This document shows, piece by piece, positions 60,242 to 64,000 of a DNA stretch of 64,000 nucleotides. Position numbers and translations under genes: made by a program. Below the pieces are notes generated by a model. That model had not been told where the DNA came from, ran no database searches, and saw only the letters and a program-made list of their open reading frames with translations. How positions within the stretch are numbered: position 1 is the first letter of the stretch; every line of letters begins with the position of its first letter. This DNA is from an uncultured delta proteobacterium (GTDB taxonomy: Bacteria > Desulfobacterota > RBG-13-43-22): the NCBI GenBank assembly GCA_963711835.1, contig CAVQFQ010000019.1, forward strand, positions 16,880 through 80,879. Reading direction: 5' to 3'.

Positions 60242-61459
60242 CTATGAGGATAAAACCTGAAAATTTTCCGGCGAGGTGGTTAAGGCCGACAAGCCTTCCG
60301 GGGTGAGCTGGTAGGTGTTTTCCAGCCCTACCAGCCCATGTTCCGGCAGCATGATTTTCGGTTCCAGGGCCAAGACCATTCCGGCCTCCAAAGGCCAATC
60401 AAATTTCTGGCCGATAATAGGCAGTTCGTCCAGATCCAGACCCAGCCCGTGGCCGATATAAGAGGCCCGCTTTGGGCCGCTGCCCATAAAGGTCCGGCCG
60501 TATCCCAATTGTTCAGCTTCCTCGACAGCCCACCAATAAAGCTGGTCGCAGGCTACCCCCGGCTGGGCCTTGAGTTCAATGGACCTCAGGATTCGGCGGA
60601 TGGCGGCAAAGGCCTCGGCAACCGCTTGAGCCGGCGGGCCGATGGAAAACATCCGGGTCTGATCGGCGATGTAGCCGTTAAAACAGCCGCAATAATCAAT
60701 GCTGATGGGTTCGTGGGACCGAAGCAATTTCAGGCCCGACCCCTGGCTGAAGGCCGGGCTGATACCCAGTCCGCCCGAAGGGGCGTCCAGATAAGAGGCC
60801 TGGGCTCCTTCCGGTCCGGAAAGTACATGCCCATAATACACTTCCTGGTTAAAGCCCCGGGTGCGGATTAAACCCTGGTGGCCTTCCTTGCGCAGGAAGG
60901 ACTCGAGGACCCCGGCCAGCTCGATTTCCGTCATTCCCGGACCTATCAGCCGGGGAACCGCGGCCGTCATTTTCTTGACCATTTCGGCGGCCTTTTTCAT
61001 GTTTTCGATTTCCCAGGGAGACTTAAACATCCGGCACTTGCGGATCAGGGTCGAGGCATCCGAGACTTTGGTCTTTTTAAAGAGGTTTTTAAATTGGAGA
61101 AAGGTGTTGGCCGGCAAGACGTCCATTTCCAGACCCAGGGTCTGGGGTTGACTTATCCCTTCATCGGCCAGATGGGAGGGTATCTCTTTTAAATGGGAGA
61201 GTTCCTTGATTTTCGCCAAGGAGGATTCTTCCAAGGCCCGTTCCAAATTTTTCCGGACCATCAGGAGGGGTTCTTCTTCTGCAGGGAGGTAGAGATATCC
61301 CGGCTGCAAGGTTCCGGAAAAATAGAAAAGATCCACATTCTGGCAAAGCAGGACCCCGTCCAGCCCTTCCTGGGTCATCAATTCCTGCAGGCAGCGGAGG
61401 CGGTTCTCGATTTCAAAAGAGGGCACGAATAAATGGGAAGCCTGATAGGTGATCTTCAT
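60242..61459 (-). CDS. M24 family metallopeptidase (Xaa-Pro aminopeptidase / creatinase-like)
   Basis: 405 aa with a creatinase-type N-domain. HGLGLDLDE and the LALEPK and ENTY blocks are typical of M24B. Confidence 0.85.
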   Translation of the reverse strand: MKITYQASHLFVPSFEIENRLRCLQELMTQEGLDGVLLCQNVDLFYFSGTLQPGYLYLPAEEEPLLMVRKNLERALEESSLAKIKELSHLKEIPSHLADEGISQPQTLGLEMDVLPANTFLQFKNLFKKTKVSDASTLIRKCRMFKSPWEIENMKKAAEMVKKMTAAVPRLIGPGMTEIELAGVLESFLRKEGHQGLIRTRGFNQEVYYGHVLSGPEGAQASYLDAPSGGLGISPAFSQGSGLKLLRSHEPISIDYCGCFNGYIADQTRMFSIGPPAQAVAEAFAAIRRILRSIELKAQPGVACDQLYWWAVEEAEQLGYGRTFMGSGPKRASYIGHGLGLDLDELPIIGQKFDWPLEAGMVLALEPKIMLPEHGLVGLENTYQLTPEGLSALTTSPENFQVLSS

Positions 61460-61618
61460 GGCCTAAATTATGATCCGGGAAGGTGCGCTTGTCAATCCAA
61501 TTGACAGGCTGGACGCGTTCCATTATTTTGTTCTTCAAGCGGCTCGGGAGAATGCGCTTTCTTCAGGACAGGGCTGGTCCCCTGGCATAAAAATTTTTTA
61601 AAAAAGAGGTTTAAGGCT

Positions 61619-62272
61619 ATGAAACTTCAATTTATTGAGGCCCGGGATCTGCCGGATGCCTGGTTCCAGTGCGTTTATGAAATCCTCGATCGCGGCCAGG
61701 AATATGTCATTGACCGGGGAAGCTGCGCCGGGCAGAAGCGCTTGGAATTCGACTATATTACGGTCCGGATCAAATTTCCGGGGACCCGGCCCTTGATTCC
61801 CGATATCCCTCCTGCACTGGGAATTCCCAATCCTGTTGCGGAGGGCTATGTGGAACAATATCTGCCTTATCTGATGACCGCCGCCAAACAGCCCAATGAG
61901 GATTATACCTATGGCCAGTATCTGGAGCCCCAGATCCGGGAAGTGATCCGCATGTACCGGGAAGAAGGCTACGGCACCAATCAGGCCTTTATGACCGTGG
62001 GCGATCCCCAAACCATCTTTCTCAATGACCCTCCCTGCCTGCGGGGTATCGACACCCGCATCCGCGACGGCCGTCTGCATTTTTTTGTCTATTTCCGGTC
62101 CTGGGATTTATGGAACGGCTTCCCGGCCAATCTGGCGGCCATCCAGATGCTCAAGGAGTACATGGCTGCCGAAATCGGGGTAGGGGAGGGCGAGATCATC
62201 GCCGCCAGCAAAGGTCTGCATCTATACGATTACGTCTGGGAACTGGCCAAACTGCGGGCCTTAAAAAAGTAA
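61619..62272 (+). CDS. Thymidylate synthase-like protein (short archaeal-type ThyA / deoxynucleotide methylase-hydroxymethylase family)
   Basis: 217 aa. DYTYGQYL, DPPCLRGID (catalytic Cys context) and FRSWDLWNGFPANL. Confidence 0.7.
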   Translation: MKLQFIEARDLPDAWFQCVYEILDRGQEYVIDRGSCAGQKRLEFDYITVRIKFPGTRPLIPDIPPALGIPNPVAEGYVEQYLPYLMTAAKQPNEDYTYGQYLEPQIREVIRMYREEGYGTNQAFMTVGDPQTIFLNDPPCLRGIDTRIRDGRLHFFVYFRSWDLWNGFPANLAAIQMLKEYMAAEIGVGEGEIIAASKGLHLYDYVWELAKLRALKK

Positions 62273-62305
62273 GGCAGAAATACCGACTGCGCAGGTATTT
62301 CTGCC
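62273..62305 (+). terminator. Hairpin GGCAGAAATAC-N11-GTATTTCTGCC immediately after the thyA-like stop
   Basis: 11-bp perfect stem. It lies inside the 184-bp direct repeat, and a second degenerate copy is at 63127-63159. Confidence 0.5.
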
Positions 62306-62310
62306 AAGAA

Positions 62311-62604
62311 TCATGGATGACGGGTTATGGCAATGATGGTGATGGCCTTCGGACCAGGGCCGTAATACCAGAAGATCCGATAGGCGGCTGAGGTAGATTG
62401 TTCGGCGCAGGCTTCGAATACCTTCTGGCCGTTAGGTCCTTTTAAACTTGTATATTCATGGGTTTTAAGGCCTTGATGTCTGGGATTGGCAGCCAGAAAT
62501 TGCAAGGTCTTTTTTACAGCCTTGAACCTTTTTTCGAGACTTCGGTCACCTCTGAGTTTGTGAAGTTGATCTTTGGCCTGATCGGTAAGAAAGATTTCAA
62601 ACAA
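62311..62604 (-). CDS. Type II toxin, RelE/ParE superfamily
   Basis: 97 aa. AYRIFWYYGPGPKAITIIAITRHP is a typical C-terminal signature. It follows an antitoxin gene 9 nt upstream. Confidence 0.7.
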   Translation of the reverse strand: MFEIFLTDQAKDQLHKLRGDRSLEKRFKAVKKTLQFLAANPRHQGLKTHEYTSLKGPNGQKVFEACAEQSTSAAYRIFWYYGPGPKAITIIAITRHP

Positions 62605-62613
62605 CGGCTGATC

Positions 62614-62895
62614 CTATAGTTCATCAGGGTTTATCTTTGAGATTTTGCCTTCTTTGGCCTCTTTTAATCCTTGAAGGACGCTTTTTAAGGCCGTTTTGTT
62701 TTGAAACAACCAAAATTCAGAGGCCGGAATTTCTACCACAGGCTTTAGCAAGACCTCCCCTCGGTCATTTTGATAGATCCTTATTCTTTTGGAGCCTTTG
62801 ATAAGTTCACCCAGGGTAACTCGGTTTCGTTCATCGACGGTGCGGGTGCCTATTTCAAGGAACTCGTCCTCGATTTTTAAGGTGTTTCTTTGCAT
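62614..62895 (-). CDS. AbrB/MazE/SpoVT-family antitoxin
   Basis: 93 aa. VDERNRVTLGELIKG is the swapped-hairpin AbrB-type motif. Confidence 0.7.
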   Translation of the reverse strand: MQRNTLKIEDEFLEIGTRTVDERNRVTLGELIKGSKRIRIYQNDRGEVLLKPVVEIPASEFWLFQNKTALKSVLQGLKEAKEGKISKINPDEL

Positions 62896-62980
62896 GATCA
62901 GACCTCCGATTTTAGGGACAGTTTACCCCGAATCCCTTAATGGGTCAATGGGAAATTTTGGCTTGAAACTTTTACATTCG

Positions 62981-63162
62981 GGCCAATCTGGCGGCTATTC
63001 AAATTCTCAAGGAATATGGCGGCCGAAATCGGGGTAGGGGAGGGCGAGATCATCGCCGCCAGCAAAGGCCTGCATTTGTACGATTATGTCTGGGAACTAG
63101 CCAAACTGCGGGCCTTAAAAAAGTGAGGCAGAAATACCGACTGAGCCGGCATTTCTGCCAAG
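62981..63162 (+). pseudogene. Orphan duplicate of the thyA-like 3' end plus terminator hairpin (direct repeat of 62125-62308)
   Basis: GGCCAATCTGGCGGC...GGGGTAGGGGAGGGCGAGATCATCGCCGCCAGCAAAGG...AAACTGCGGGCCTTAAAAAAGT(A/G)AGGCAGAAATACCGACTG... is shared. The second copy has an indel near 63010-63020 and has no upstream part of the gene. Confidence 0.8.
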
Positions 63163-63254
63163 TTATTTGAATAAGTTGGCAACGTTTCATAAATCCTTGA
63201 CATAATGGTACTATGATGCTATGGTATCATTAAGTAACTGAATGGAGGTTCATT

Positions 63255-63506
63255 ATGGCTGCAATGATAGCAACAAATATACGGCTTCCCGAAGATCTTT
63301 TGAAGGCCCTTAAGTACAGAGCAATCGAGGAGAAAAAGAGCGTGAATCAGATTATCCGCGAAGCGATCGAGATGTCTCTTGCTGCCGCTCCCCAGCCGGA
63401 AGAACGCGAAATGGACCCTTTTGAAGACATGATCGGAATCGCAAGATCAGGCATCAAGGATGCGTCTTCTAAGCATGACCGCTACCTCTACGGGACAAAA
63501 CGATGA
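63255..63506 (+). CDS. Ribbon-helix-helix (CopG/VapB-like) antitoxin
   Basis: 83 aa. TNIRLPEDLLKALKYRAIEEKKSVNQIIREAIE is an RHH motif. Its stop overlaps the PIN gene start. Confidence 0.7.
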   Translation: MAAMIATNIRLPEDLLKALKYRAIEEKKSVNQIIREAIEMSLAAAPQPEEREMDPFEDMIGIARSGIKDASSKHDRYLYGTKR

Positions 63507-63911
63507 AGTTGTTTGTAGACACGGGGGCATTTATAGCGCTCACAGATGCAGATGACGAAAACCACAAAGCTGCTGTCTGCCTTTTACAGAAATGCAAAGG
63601 AAAAGGGGACGCGGTTTGTCACCACAAACTTCGTTGTCTGCGAGACGATGAATTACCTCAGGGCAAGGATTTCACATCATATCGCTGTTCTTTTCCGGGA
63701 GAACCTGAAGAAGAGCGGCTTCATTGAAATTGTCACAGTTACCCCTTCTATTGAGGACGCGGCTTTTACTATTTTCAAACGATACACTGACAAGGATTTC
63801 AGTTTTACCGACTGCACGAGCTTTTCCATCATGAGGTCTCTTAAACTGAAAAAGGCCTTTGCCTTTGACAAACATTTTGAGCAATTTGAAGGCATCAGCC
63901 GCCTGCCCTGA
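63503..63911 (+). pseudogene. vapC: PIN-domain VapC-like toxin interrupted by one frameshift near 63575-63590
   Basis: MKLFVDTGAFIALTDADDENHKAAV (frame of 63503) continues as AFYRNAKEKGTRFVTTNFVVCETMNYL...FSFTDCTSFSIMRSLKLKKAFAFDKHF in the frame of track ORF 63546-63911. Confidence 0.6.
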
Positions 63912-64000
63912 ATTTCGCCTAAATAGAAATCAGTAATTCAACGTAATTAACGACATCCCTTTCGACCTCCCCCAGGAAGAATCAGCATGAAGACCTAAGC

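Overview
About 64 kb of gene-dense bacterial chromosome, mostly housekeeping genes. All homology calls are by-eye motif recognition; no searches were run.

Gene content in order:
- A TetR-regulated MacAB/NodT-type efflux locus. Only the regulator and the outer-membrane factor are intact; macA and macB are riddled with frameshifts.
- A 1373-codon formate dehydrogenase read through an in-frame TGA (selenocysteine) with a SECIS-like hairpin. It is fused to 2Fe-2S and GltD-like NAD(P)H modules and preceded by a Cys-rich GcvH-like protein.
- pyrF, ligA, acyP, and the thrS-infC-rpmI-rplT-pheS-pheT cluster.
- A MerR regulator, uvrC, tatA-tatC, and hrcA-grpE-dnaK.
- cysE, a tldD/pmbA pair, murein-recycling hydrolases, and aminotransferase-hom-ApgM-like.
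- secDF, then a Rieske/cytochrome b module beside two paralogous multihaem c-type cytochromes.
- A radical SAM enzyme, a C_GCAxxG_C_C protein with TGA at its first conserved Cys, and an M24 peptidase.
- A ThyA-like gene followed by two toxin-antitoxin cassettes.

The gene content suggests an anaerobic Desulfobacterota-like organism. That is inference only.

The strongest unexplained signal is a family of long palindromic, internally conserved intergenic elements of about 215-330 bp:
- There are five clear copies plus one related element.
- Both arms of the stems differ between copies but change together.
- An interior short helix also covaries.
- Three copies are flanked by 7-10 bp direct repeats that look like target-site duplications.
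- I cannot assign the family to any RNA or IS family I know.

Other items worth follow-up:
- the candidate new selenoprotein;
- the thyA 3' end duplication that brackets a TA cassette;
- a CX9CH motif replacing a CXXCH haem site;
- the indel-dense macAB remnant.

No rRNA, tRNA, CRISPR array, prophage or recognisable defence island was seen.
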